NCBI GenBank assembly: GCA_965248695.1
Contig: CBDFKD010000002.1
Span: forward strand, 2,912,001-2,976,000
Origin: Acidobacteriota bacterium
Lineage (GTDB): Bacteria > Acidobacteriota > UBA890 > WLXD01
DNA: 64,000 nt
Reading direction: 5' to 3'
The notes beneath the pieces were generated by a model. It was not told the origin of the DNA and made no database searches. It was given only the letters and a program-made list of their open reading frames with translations. Numbering within the stretch: the first letter of the stretch is position 1; each line of letters opens with the position of its first letter. Of the stretch, positions 37,378 through 46,885 are shown one piece after another. Both the position numbers and the translations under genes were made by a program.

Positions 37378-38232
37378 TCAGCTTCCCGAGGCCTGTTCCA
37401 AGCGCTGGCGGACGTCTCTACTGAATCGATCCAGGTGACCCTCAACGAATTCCAGGAGCCCGAGTGAATCGTCACGCACTAGCGGGGTCAGGTCCATTGC
37501 GAACGACACCTGTCGACAATGATCGGTTTGGTGCGACTCCAGGTAGGTAGCATTGGCTAGGCGCCTACCAATGCTGGCCAGGTCATAGCGCTTGCCGCCA
37601 GCGATCTGCGAATCGAATACCGCCAGCAAGGCCACGGCGAGGCTCTCGTGTGCGCTGACGTCGAAGACCACCTTGTCGTCGCCCACCAGCCACTCCAGTC
37701 CTCGCCAGACCTCGCAGCCATAGACGGCCTCGGGTCGGTTCGAGAGTGGTAGGGTACGCACCGCTTCGATCAGCCCCGAAAGAACATGGATATGGGTTGT
37801 ATGTTCGTCCGCAGGATTGTGGGTGTAAACGACCCGCGGATTCATTTGCGCCAGCAGCCAAGCCAGATCCTCGACCAGGCCGGAGTTGTTGGGCACCTCG
37901 ATCGCCTTGCTCGCGTAATCAAGCTGGACCTGCACACCGTAGCGACCCACGAGCGCTGCCGCCTCCTGCTCGCGCTGCCGAACGATCCTCATCCCCTCGT
38001 TGCTGAGGGCGCAGTAGGGACCTGATCGAGCACAACCGGCGCCGTCCGTACACGTGATTCCGCCAAACCAGAGGGCTGGCGCGTGGAGACACTCGGCGAT
38101 TCCGTGATAGGCCATGATCTCCAGATCGTCCGGATGGGCGCCGACTCCCAGATGGGTGACTCGCTGCAAAGCCGATTCTCGATCGATCCCATCAGGGATC
38201 AGAATCGACGCGCCAGGCTGACTGAGTGCCAC
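37378..38232 (-). CDS. PIG-L/LmbE family N-deacetylase
   Basis: GTG start after AAGGGAG; GAHPDDLE; TDGAG; R..EQ..AA; THNPADEHTTH; YGCEVWR. Confidence 0.88.
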   Translation of the reverse strand: MALSQPGASILIPDGIDRESALQRVTHLGVGAHPDDLEIMAYHGIAECLHAPALWFGGITCTDGAGCARSGPYCALSNEGMRIVRQREQEAAALVGRYGVQVQLDYASKAIEVPNNSGLVEDLAWLLAQMNPRVVYTHNPADEHTTHIHVLSGLIEAVRTLPLSNRPEAVYGCEVWRGLEWLVGDDKVVFDVSAHESLAVALLAVFDSQIAGGKRYDLASIGRRLANATYLESHQTDHCRQVSFAMDLTPLVRDDSLGLLEFVEGHLDRFSRDVRQRLEQASGS

Positions 38233-38460
38233 TCGATCTCCCTTCCTCGCACCGATCGTGGACGGGTGACGAGGACGTGCCTCCAACTGTTCGAGCCAAC
38301 TTCGTAACCCATAGTATCGGTGCTTAAAAGAGGTCGTTAGGGCCCCGGACAGCCCAGCGGTGGCAGTGGAGTACGGCTTGCGACTCGGCTAGGCTGGAGC
38401 TCCGCTTCGGCCGGTTGTCGAGTCTCCTGACTACCAACCTCGGACCCCCGCGGAGAACGC

Positions 38461-41400
38461 ATGAGGCTCATCAAAGTTCTGCTGACCGTGACCCTCGTCG
38501 GCGCGTTGTCGCCGAACCTGGCGCCGACAACAGCGGACGCTCAGCATCAGTGGCTCGGCACAGCCGAGTTCCCCAACTCCGGCGCAGCCTCCGCGGGCGT
38601 CCATCCGGCCTCCGGCGACGAGCATCAAACACACGAGCCACGGCTGTTCCAGGCGCTGCAATTCCGCCATGTAGGCCCGTTTCGAGGCGGGCGATCGACC
38701 GCCGTCGCCGGGGTCCCTGACGAGATCTTCACGTACTACATGGGGTCGACGGGCGGCGGCGTGTGGAAGACGACCGACGCCGGCCAGTCGTGGAGGAGCG
38801 TGTCGGATGGCTACTTCGCGGCCGGCTCCATCGGAGCGATCGCCGTAGCCGACTCGGACTCGAGCGTCGTCTACGTGGGCACCGGCTCTGCCTGCCCGCG
38901 AGGCAATATTTCGCCCGGCATCGGCATGTACAAATCCACCGACGCGGGCACCTCCTGGTCGCATATCGGCCTGCGCGACGCCGGTCAGATCGGCAAGCTC
39001 GCGGTCCACCCCGACAATCCGGACCTGGTCTACGTGGCCGCCCTGGGTCACATCTTCGGTCCCAACGAACAGCGCGGCGTGTTCCGTTCCAACGACGGCG
39101 GCGGCAGCTGGGAAAAGGTCCTGTTCCTGAACGACGAGACGGGCGCCGTCGACATCAAGATGGACGCCAACGACCCGAACGTGCTGTACGCGGCGTTCTG
39201 GCGGGCGGAGCGCAAGCCCTGGACGCTGATCTCAGGCGGGCCCGAGGGCGGCGTCTACAAGACCACCGATGGCGGTGACACGTGGGCGAAGCTCACCGAG
39301 GGCCTGCCGGTGGGTCTGACCGGCAAGATCGGTGTCGCCGTCTCCCCCACCGACTCTGACCGCGTGTGGGCCATCATCGAGGGGGAGCGCTCTGATTCCG
39401 GGTACGAGCGCGATGAGACCGGGCTGTATCGATCCGACGACGCCGGCGCCACATGGTCGTTGATCAACAATCATCCCGATCTGCACCAGCGACCCTGGTA
39501 CTACCACCATCTGGTGGCCGATCCCCAGGACGCCGACACCCTCTACCACGTCGGCGACAGCTTCTGGAAATCGACCGACGCCGGCGAGACCTTCACGACC
39601 ATCGCCCCTACCCACAGCGACAACCACGATCTGTGGGTCAATCCTAATGACCCACAACTGATGATCGAGGCTAACGACGGTGGCGCCTCGGTGAGCGTCA
39701 ACGGCGGCGAGACGTGGTCGTCTCTGCTCAACCAGCCGACCGCCGAGCTCTACCGGCTGGCGGTCGCCGAGCAGTTTCTGTACCGGCTGTACGCCGGCCA
39801 GCAGGACTATTCCACCATCTCGGTGCCGAGTCAGGTTCCGTACGCCAGCGGCATCACGCTGCAGCACTGGCGCGTTGTCGGCGGCGGTGAGATGGGCCCG
39901 GTGGCCGTCGATCCACGCAACGCCGATGTCGTGTACGCCGGCGGCAACATCAGCCGCGTGGACCGCAGCATCGACCGCATACGGCCCATCATGCCGTACC
40001 CGCAGTACTGGTCCGGCGTACCTCCAGCGAAGCTCCGCTACCGCTTCCATTCCCACGCACCGATCATCCTGTCGCCTCACGACCCGGACGTCGTGTATAC
40101 GGCGTCGCAGTTCGTGCACCGTTCCGGCGATGGCGGTCAGAGCTGGGAGGTCGTGAGCCCCGATCTGAGCCGCGGCGATCCCCTCAACGAGACCGCCTCC
40201 GGTGCTCCGCTGACGCATGACATAACCAGCGTGGAGTACTACGGCACGGTGTCGGATCTGCGCGAATCGGCTGTGACACCGGGATTGCTGTGGGCCGGCA
40301 CCAATGACGGGTTGTTGCACCTGTCGCGGGACGACGGCCTCAGCTGGACCGACATCACGCCGCCGCAGATGCCCAAAGGTGGCAACGTCACCACCATCGA
40401 CCCGTCGGCGCACGATCCCGGTCGCGCTGTCGTGGCGGTGCATCGCTACCTGCTGGACGATTTTCGACCGTACATCTTCCGCACCGACGACTACGGCGCT
40501 ACCTGGGCCACGATTTCGGACGGAAACGGCATCCCAGACGATCACTTCGTGCGCGTAGCGCGCGAGGATCCGCACCGACGCGGGCTCCTGTATGCGGGCA
40601 CCGAGTTCGGGTTGTTCGTATCGTTCGACGACGGCGGCCGCTGGCAGTCTCTGCAGCTAAACCTGCCGGTCACTCCGGTATCCGACCTGCGCGTGCACCG
40701 ACTCGACCTCGTCGTGTCGACACAGGGCCGTGGGTTCTGGATTCTCGACGACGTCACCCCGCTGCACCAGCTCAGTGGCGCCGTGGCGGCAGCCGACGCG
40801 CACCTGTTCAAGCCACGCGACATCCACCGGATCGAGGGCGGCCGCGGGCAGAATTCGTGGAGCAGCTACGTCACTCGCGATCGTCTTCTGGGCGCTCAGA
40901 TCGAGACCCATCGTGTGGGCGAGAACCCGCCTCCCGGGCTGCTGATCTTCTACACATTGCAACAGGCGGCGCCGGGCGAGGTGCGGCTAGAGATCCTCGA
41001 TAGCGCCGGCGGGCCAGTGCGGTCGTTCTCCAGCAGCGTCGCGGCCGATGGGGTGACCGCCGAGCCCGGGATGAACGTCTTCGTGTGGGACCTGGCCTAT
41101 CCGGGTGCCGACATCATCGTCCCGAGTCGCCTGGACGGCACCACGGCGGGGCCGCGCGCCGTACCCGGGCGCTATCAAGTACGACTGACCGTGGGCGCAC
41201 GAAGCTCGACCCAGGAGTTCCGGGTGCTGATCGACCCGCGCTCGCCATCCAGCCACCAAGACCTGCAGGAGCAATTCGACTTCCTGATCGCGGCACGCGA
41301 CAAGGTCACCGAGACACACGAGGCGGTGCGCACGATTCACGAGCTGCGCCGAAGAGTCGACGAGATCGACGCTCGGATAGCGGCGGCCGGCGAGTCGGCG

Positions 41401-41754
41401 GCAAATACCCCAGCCGCGGCGGATCAGCCGCAGGCTGCGCTTCGCAACCAGCTGGCAGAGGCCTCGGCGTCGATCGCGGCCGAGCTCGACGCGCTCGAGG
41501 ACGAGCTGCGTCAGAAGCGCGCCAAGGCCTATCAGGACACCGCCAACTTCGAGCCCTTGATCGACGACCAGTTCGCCTGGCTCGCCAGCCACGTCAGATC
41601 GGCAGATACCCGACCCACCGACGCGGCTGTCGATCGTTTCCGCGATCTGGAAGCGCTGCTGGCCAGGAGCCTCGATCGACTCAACGAGATCCTGCAGTCC
41701 GACATGCCGCTCTTCGAAGAGCTACTGAACAGCTGGGAGAGTCGTCGCAACTAG
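38461..41754 (+). CDS. Secreted VPS10/BNR (Asp-box) repeat glycosyl-hydrolase-like protein
   Basis: GPFRGGRSTAVAG; many Asp-boxes (KTTDAGQSW, KSTDAGTSW, RSNDGGGSW, RSDDAGATW); LYAGTEFG; helical C-terminal tail. Confidence 0.88.
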   Translation: MRLIKVLLTVTLVGALSPNLAPTTADAQHQWLGTAEFPNSGAASAGVHPASGDEHQTHEPRLFQALQFRHVGPFRGGRSTAVAGVPDEIFTYYMGSTGGGVWKTTDAGQSWRSVSDGYFAAGSIGAIAVADSDSSVVYVGTGSACPRGNISPGIGMYKSTDAGTSWSHIGLRDAGQIGKLAVHPDNPDLVYVAALGHIFGPNEQRGVFRSNDGGGSWEKVLFLNDETGAVDIKMDANDPNVLYAAFWRAERKPWTLISGGPEGGVYKTTDGGDTWAKLTEGLPVGLTGKIGVAVSPTDSDRVWAIIEGERSDSGYERDETGLYRSDDAGATWSLINNHPDLHQRPWYYHHLVADPQDADTLYHVGDSFWKSTDAGETFTTIAPTHSDNHDLWVNPNDPQLMIEANDGGASVSVNGGETWSSLLNQPTAELYRLAVAEQFLYRLYAGQQDYSTISVPSQVPYASGITLQHWRVVGGGEMGPVAVDPRNADVVYAGGNISRVDRSIDRIRPIMPYPQYWSGVPPAKLRYRFHSHAPIILSPHDPDVVYTASQFVHRSGDGGQSWEVVSPDLSRGDPLNETASGAPLTHDITSVEYYGTVSDLRESAVTPGLLWAGTNDGLLHLSRDDGLSWTDITPPQMPKGGNVTTIDPSAHDPGRAVVAVHRYLLDDFRPYIFRTDDYGATWATISDGNGIPDDHFVRVAREDPHRRGLLYAGTEFGLFVSFDDGGRWQSLQLNLPVTPVSDLRVHRLDLVVSTQGRGFWILDDVTPLHQLSGAVAAADAHLFKPRDIHRIEGGRGQNSWSSYVTRDRLLGAQIETHRVGENPPPGLLIFYTLQQAAPGEVRLEILDSAGGPVRSFSSSVAADGVTAEPGMNVFVWDLAYPGADIIVPSRLDGTTAGPRAVPGRYQVRLTVGARSSTQEFRVLIDPRSPSSHQDLQEQFDFLIAARDKVTETHEAVRTIHELRRRVDEIDARIAAAGESAANTPAAADQPQAALRNQLAEASASIAAELDALEDELRQKRAKAYQDTANFEPLIDDQFAWLASHVRSADTRPTDAAVDRFRDLEALLARSLDRLNEILQSDMPLFEELLNSWESRRN

Positions 41755-41814
41755 CGTCGCACCGTCGCCGCCGGTGCGACCAGGCAGCCTCTGTAGCCGC
41801 GCCGTTTCTGTGAG

Positions 41815-42200
41815 TCAGGCCTCGTCGATACGTTGCAGATACGGTCCTTCGCGCGGCTCGTCCTCGACCGGCAGGCCGGCGCCGAGCGCTCAGCGATGCA
41901 ACCAGGAGAGACCGACACGGCCGACGTAGCCGTCGGTGAGTTGGTAGGCACCGTCGGCCAGAGCCTCCTTCAACGTGACGAACGCGTAGCCACGATTCTC
42001 GAGTATGTCGAGTAGCGCCCATCGCGCATATGCTGTCGCTGTGGCTTGAGGCAGACCGCTCCAGGCCCTCCAACAGCCGTCGCGTCGCCCGTTCGACGGG
42101 GGCGGCAACGCAGGTTCGACCGGGCACCTTGAACCCGGGCAAGTCGTCGAAGGTCAGGGCGACCGCGCGCGGCGTCACAGGTGCCTCCACCGGCGCGCGG
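41815..42200 (-). pseudogene. Polysaccharide deacetylase pseudogene (core deleted, nonsense codon)
   Basis: RAVALTFDDLP N-motif in one frame; LLDILENRGYAFVTLKEALADGAYQLTDGYVGRVGLSWLHR*ALGAGLPVEDEP in another; intervening catalytic core absent. Confidence 0.75.
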
Positions 42201-42278
42201 GAGACCACAACGGAGCTCGGCCCGGACCCGCAAGGAGCGCGGCGATCCCCAAAGCAGCGCGGCGGGCGCGCAGTTCGA

Positions 42279-43589
42279 TTATCGAGTCCAAACCTGGGCG
42301 CTGGAGGTGTCGGGCATGCCCCAATCGGCTCCGTTCCAGCCATCGAAGCCGTCCATTCGGAAGGCCCAGAAGCCAGTGGTGAAATCACTGATGACGATGA
42401 GGCCGTCCTCGTTGCGAACGTCGACGCCCCAAGCACCGTTGAACATCGCGCCGGTGCCGCCGCCGGGGTTCGGCGGTCCGAGATACGTGTCGTAATAGGC
42501 GACCGTCACCGGGTTCGCCGGATCCATCATGCTGAACACCTGAAGCCCGTCGAGGAGGCCCGAGACGAACACATAGGGCCAGCGCACCTCGTGGTTGTGC
42601 ACCAGGTTGCGCCAGTCGGCCGTCCACGCCCCGATCGGGGTGCGGATGTTCTGCACCTCGCCATCGAGAGCCGGTTGCAGGTCGAAGATGCGCAGGGGCG
42701 CGTAGCGGTACTCCGTCTCGGCGATCGCGTAGCGACCATCCGGTGTGGGCGTGAACGTGTGTCCGTACTCGACTCCCTGGATGCCCGTCAGCGAGAACAG
42801 CATCTCCGGGGCTTCGAGGTTCGTCACGTCGTAGACGTAGTACCCGTCGGTACCGCCGCCGTAGAAGCGATCCGTCTGCGTGTCCGGGTGCCAGCCAACG
42901 TAGAAATCGTGATACGCACGGTAGCCGCGGGCGCTGTCCGCTCCGGATCCGGCCGGCACATTGGTCACCCGGGCGGCGTCCATACGCCCGTTGATCACGT
43001 GCACCAGGTCGTAGACGTTGGCGCCTGGTCCGCTCAACGTCGTGAACAGCAGCGGACGACCGTTGCTGTGGGCGTATACGAAGATGTTGTGGAAGCCACC
43101 AACGAGATCGGGCTCGCGGATGCGGGCGACCTCCACCATCGTCTCGGGCAGGCCGGTGACGTCGAAGATGATCGCCCCGAGGTCGGGGTTCGGCCCTCCC
43201 TGCGCGAACTGCACGGAGAGCACCACGTAGTAGCGCTCCTCCCACATGAAGTACTTGATGTCCTTGCCGCCGGCACCTGCGTGCAGGTCCTGCTCCTCGA
43301 TGCGCCATTCGTGAATGCGCTTCGGGGCGGCCAGATCGGACAGATCGATCACATCCATGCCCTTCTCGCCGAAGTCGCCAAAGACCTCGCGCGCGACGTA
43401 GACATAGGGGCGCGATAGCTCCTGCTCGATCTCGATGTCGGCAACGCTGAGCGCCGGGCCGAGCGGCAGATGCGCCACCACTTCGATGTTGTCGCTGCCG
43501 GGCTTGTCGGGAGTCCACTGTCGGGCGCCGGCCGAGGTCACGGCGACCAGGGAGATGATCGTGGAGAGGATCGCGAATCGATGAGACAT
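42279..43589 (-). CDS. Secreted LVIVD-repeat beta-propeller protein, paralog 2
   Basis: GGAGG RBS; signal peptide; colinear with paralog 1 (GSDNIEVVAH.PLG, IAETEY.YAPLRIFDLQPALDGE, LVHNHEVRWPYVFVSG). Confidence 0.78.
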   Translation of the reverse strand: MSHRFAILSTIISLVAVTSAGARQWTPDKPGSDNIEVVAHLPLGPALSVADIEIEQELSRPYVYVAREVFGDFGEKGMDVIDLSDLAAPKRIHEWRIEEQDLHAGAGGKDIKYFMWEERYYVVLSVQFAQGGPNPDLGAIIFDVTGLPETMVEVARIREPDLVGGFHNIFVYAHSNGRPLLFTTLSGPGANVYDLVHVINGRMDAARVTNVPAGSGADSARGYRAYHDFYVGWHPDTQTDRFYGGGTDGYYVYDVTNLEAPEMLFSLTGIQGVEYGHTFTPTPDGRYAIAETEYRYAPLRIFDLQPALDGEVQNIRTPIGAWTADWRNLVHNHEVRWPYVFVSGLLDGLQVFSMMDPANPVTVAYYDTYLGPPNPGGGTGAMFNGAWGVDVRNEDGLIVISDFTTGFWAFRMDGFDGWNGADWGMPDTSSAQVWTR

Positions 43590-43841
43590 GCTGCACCTCC
43601 GCTGCAAATGGTACGCGGCAAGACGATACTCTCTCGATGCCGAGAAACTCCAACGGCAGACCATGGACCGATCACGACGGGTCATGTGACAACTGTCCGC
43701 GGTTTCACTCTCCAACCCGTGAGGGCCGAGTCATGAGCCGTACCTCGCCCCAGATTCTGGTGTTCGTCGCGGCGCTCTCGGGCCGGCCTGGCCCAACCAG
43801 CCTCCCCGACGCCGATCGGCGTTCGGCCCGGGCAGTCCGCC

Positions 43842-45635
43842 ATGCCAGCGGCAAAGTACGAGGTTCGACTGCAGCGCAGCACCATGGTTCCGATGCGCGA
43901 CGGAGTCGGGCTCTCGACCGATCTGTATTTCCCCGAAGGCGCCGGAGCGTCGCTGCCGAGCGTCCTCATCCGCACCCCGTATGACAAGAACGCGTATCGC
44001 CAGCGACAGCAATCGGTGGCGCAGCTGTTCGCCAGCCGCGGACACGTGGTTGTGGTGCAGGACAAGCGTGGGCGCTACGAGTCGGAGGGCAGATTCCTGG
44101 TCTACGGTGGCGACGCCGAGGACGGCTACGACACGGTGGACTGGGTAGCGGCTCAATCCTGGTCGAACGGTCGGGTGGGAACCTACGGCTGCTCGTCGCC
44201 AGGCGACTATCAGATGTTCCAGTCGACGCTGAGGAACCCGCACCACGCCGCCATGATTCCGCAAGCGACGGGGGGCGCCGTAGGCTCGGCGGGCGGGCGC
44301 TACCGCTACTTCGGGCTCATCAACGGCGGGGCGATCGAGCTTGCCCTAGGGTTCGGATGGTTCCGCGGCAGCGGCAACAAGATCTACTACGGACCGCCGC
44401 CCCATGTGGACCGCGGCGAGTGGTTCGCGTCCGGGCTCGGGGAGCTCTTCGACACCGCCCCGACGCTGCCGGAGATCGATCATGCGGAGATCTGGCCCAC
44501 CTTGCCCCTCGTGGAGATGATGGCCAAGGGCCGCACGCCTCCGACCGACTGGGTACGCGTCGTGTCGACGCCGCTCACCGACCCCTGGTGGGACCAGTTC
44601 CACTACCTCTCCGACGAGGACCGCTTCGACGTGCCGGCGCTGTTCATCAACTCCTGGTACGACTACGGCGTCGCCGAGACGCTTTACGAGTTCAACCTAC
44701 TGCGGCGCAACGCCGAAAGCGCTCGCGCTCGGGACAACCAGTTCGTCATCATCTCGCCGACCACCCACTGCGGATCGGAACGGACCACGGAGCACACGAG
44801 CGTCGGTGACCGCGACCTCGGCGATCCTCGCAAGGACTTCTGGAAAATCTACGTCGACTGGTTTGACCACTGGCTCAACGGCGACGGCAGCGATTTCACC
44901 GACATGCCCAAGGTTCAGTACTACCTGATGGGTATGAACGAGTGGCGCAGCGCGGAACAGTGGCCACTTCCGGAGACCCGCTTCACGCGCTACTACCTGC
45001 GCAGCGACGGCCAGGCCAACAGCCGCTTCGGTAGCGGAACGCTGACGACCGCCCCTCCCGGCGACGAGCCACCCGACCAGTTCACCTACGATCCGGCGAC
45101 CCCGGTGCCGTCACGAGGTGGCAACTTCTGCTGCTCGGGCACCGCGGAGGCCCAGGGGGACTCGTTCGACCAGCGGGTGATAGAGATGCGCAACGATGTG
45201 CTGGTATACACCACCCCGCCGCTGGAGCAGGGCGTCGAGGTAACCGGTCCGATCGAGGCGACGCTGTACGTGACTTCGTCGGCGCGCGACACCGATTTCG
45301 TCGCCAAGCTGGTCGACGTGTATCCGGACGGCACCGCCTACAACGTGCAGGAGGGAATCCTGCGAGCGCGCTATCGCGAGGGCTTCGGGCAGCAGGTGTG
45401 GATGAGCCCCGGGGAAGTCTACGAGGTCAGGGTCGACCTGCACGCTACCAGCAACTACTTCGGGCCCGGACACCGAATCCGCCTGGAGGTGTCGAGCTCC
45501 AGCTTCCCGCGTTTCGATCGCAACCTGAACACCGGCGGTGACAACTACAGCGAGACTGAGTGGGTGGTGGCAGACAACGCCATCCATCATTCAGGGGACC
45601 GTGCCTCCTACGTCGTGCTGCCCATCATCCGGTAG
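43842..45635 (+). CDS. CocE/NonD family hydrolase (S15); signal peptide appears frameshifted (ATG 43733)
   Basis: VPMRDGVGLSTDLY.P, LIRTPY, QDKRGRYESEG, WSNGRVGTYGCS, GHRIRLEVSSSSFPRFDRNLNTG. Confidence 0.92.
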   Translation: MPAAKYEVRLQRSTMVPMRDGVGLSTDLYFPEGAGASLPSVLIRTPYDKNAYRQRQQSVAQLFASRGHVVVVQDKRGRYESEGRFLVYGGDAEDGYDTVDWVAAQSWSNGRVGTYGCSSPGDYQMFQSTLRNPHHAAMIPQATGGAVGSAGGRYRYFGLINGGAIELALGFGWFRGSGNKIYYGPPPHVDRGEWFASGLGELFDTAPTLPEIDHAEIWPTLPLVEMMAKGRTPPTDWVRVVSTPLTDPWWDQFHYLSDEDRFDVPALFINSWYDYGVAETLYEFNLLRRNAESARARDNQFVIISPTTHCGSERTTEHTSVGDRDLGDPRKDFWKIYVDWFDHWLNGDGSDFTDMPKVQYYLMGMNEWRSAEQWPLPETRFTRYYLRSDGQANSRFGSGTLTTAPPGDEPPDQFTYDPATPVPSRGGNFCCSGTAEAQGDSFDQRVIEMRNDVLVYTTPPLEQGVEVTGPIEATLYVTSSARDTDFVAKLVDVYPDGTAYNVQEGILRARYREGFGQQVWMSPGEVYEVRVDLHATSNYFGPGHRIRLEVSSSSFPRFDRNLNTGGDNYSETEWVVADNAIHHSGDRASYVVLPIIR

Positions 45636-45709
45636 CCTCGGATCTCGCGAAAACCCGGGCCACGACGCACCTGACCCGCATCGGGTTCGCCAGCGGACGG
45701 AGGACAGCC

Positions 45710-46882
45710 ATGATGCCTTTCGAGCATCACGAGTACCTGGGACGGATCAACGCCACGAAGCGACGCATGGAGGCGGCGGAGATCGAGGTGCTGCTGGTGA
45801 CCGACCCGTCCAACCTCTACTACCTCACCGGCTACAACGGCTGGTCGTTCTACGTCCATCAGATGCTGGCGCTGGCGCTGGAGGCCGAGGAACCTCTGTG
45901 GATCGGCCGCCAGATGGACATCGCCTGTGCCCGGCACTCCGCGTTCCTGAGCCCGGACAGCCTGGTGGGCTATCCCGAGGACTACGTCCAGTCGCCGGCA
46001 CGGCACGAGATGGACTTCATCGCCGGCGTGCTTGCGGAGAGAGGCTGGGGCAGGCGCCGCCTCGGCGTCGAGATGGACAGCTACTACTTCACCGCGCGCG
46101 CCTACCAGCAGCTCGAGCTCGGTCTACCCGACGCCACCTTCGTCGACGCCAACCTGCTGGTGAACTGGGGGCGGCTGATCAAGTCGCCGGCCGAGATCGA
46201 GCAACTCCGGGTCGCCGGCGCGATCGCCGATCGAGCCATGCGAGCGGTCATCGAGCGGATCGAACCGGGTGTCAGGGAGTGTGATGCGGCGGCAACCTTC
46301 TACGCCACACAGGTTGGTGGTGCGGAGCACAGCGGCGATCTTCCCAGCCACGTGCTCTACATGCCAACCGGCGAGAGAGCTTCGGCGCCCCACCTGAGCT
46401 GGACGGACAATTGCTTCAAGGTCGGTGAGTCAACCAACATCGAGCTCGCCGGCTGTCGTCACCGTTACCACACCGGGCTCGCCCGAACCGTGTTCCTCGG
46501 CGCGCCACCGTCACGGCTCACCGAGCTCGCTTCGGTCGTGGCCGAGGGACTGGAGGCGGCGCTCGACACGATGCGCCCGGGCGCCACGTGCGAGCAGGTA
46601 GAGGCGGCCTGGCGCGCGGTGATCACCAGGGCCGGGTACGAGAAGGCGTCGCGCATCGGCTACTCGATCGGTATCGGCTACCCGCCCGACTGGGGCGAGC
46701 ACACTGCCAGCCTGCGGCCGGGCGACGCCACCGTGCTGGAGCCCGACATGACCTTCCACGTGATCCTCGGCATGTGGATGGAAGACTGGGGCTACGAGCT
46801 CAGCGAGACCGTCCGGGTTTCGGAGGATGGCGCACCCGAGAGCTTCTCGCGGTTGCCGCGGGAGTTGTTCGTCAAGACCTGA
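45710..46882 (+). CDS. doeA: Ectoine hydrolase DoeA/EutD-like M24 family protein
   Basis: GGAGG RBS; VTDPSNLYYLTGYNGWSFYVHQ; YVQSPARHEMD; LVNWGRLIKSPAEI; APHLSW; GYSIGIGYPPDWGEHTASLR; MTFH. Confidence 0.78.
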   Translation: MMPFEHHEYLGRINATKRRMEAAEIEVLLVTDPSNLYYLTGYNGWSFYVHQMLALALEAEEPLWIGRQMDIACARHSAFLSPDSLVGYPEDYVQSPARHEMDFIAGVLAERGWGRRRLGVEMDSYYFTARAYQQLELGLPDATFVDANLLVNWGRLIKSPAEIEQLRVAGAIADRAMRAVIERIEPGVRECDAAATFYATQVGGAEHSGDLPSHVLYMPTGERASAPHLSWTDNCFKVGESTNIELAGCRHRYHTGLARTVFLGAPPSRLTELASVVAEGLEAALDTMRPGATCEQVEAAWRAVITRAGYEKASRIGYSIGIGYPPDWGEHTASLRPGDATVLEPDMTFHVILGMWMEDWGYELSETVRVSEDGAPESFSRLPRELFVKT

Positions 46883-46885
46883 GCG

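Noticed and set aside
41815-41892. In-frame TGA at a conserved Trp position (SWLHR*AL) hinting at stop-codon recoding or selenocysteine
   Set aside because: Many intact genes here end in TGA and the gene is already core-deleted; a TGG-to-TGA nonsense mutation explains it
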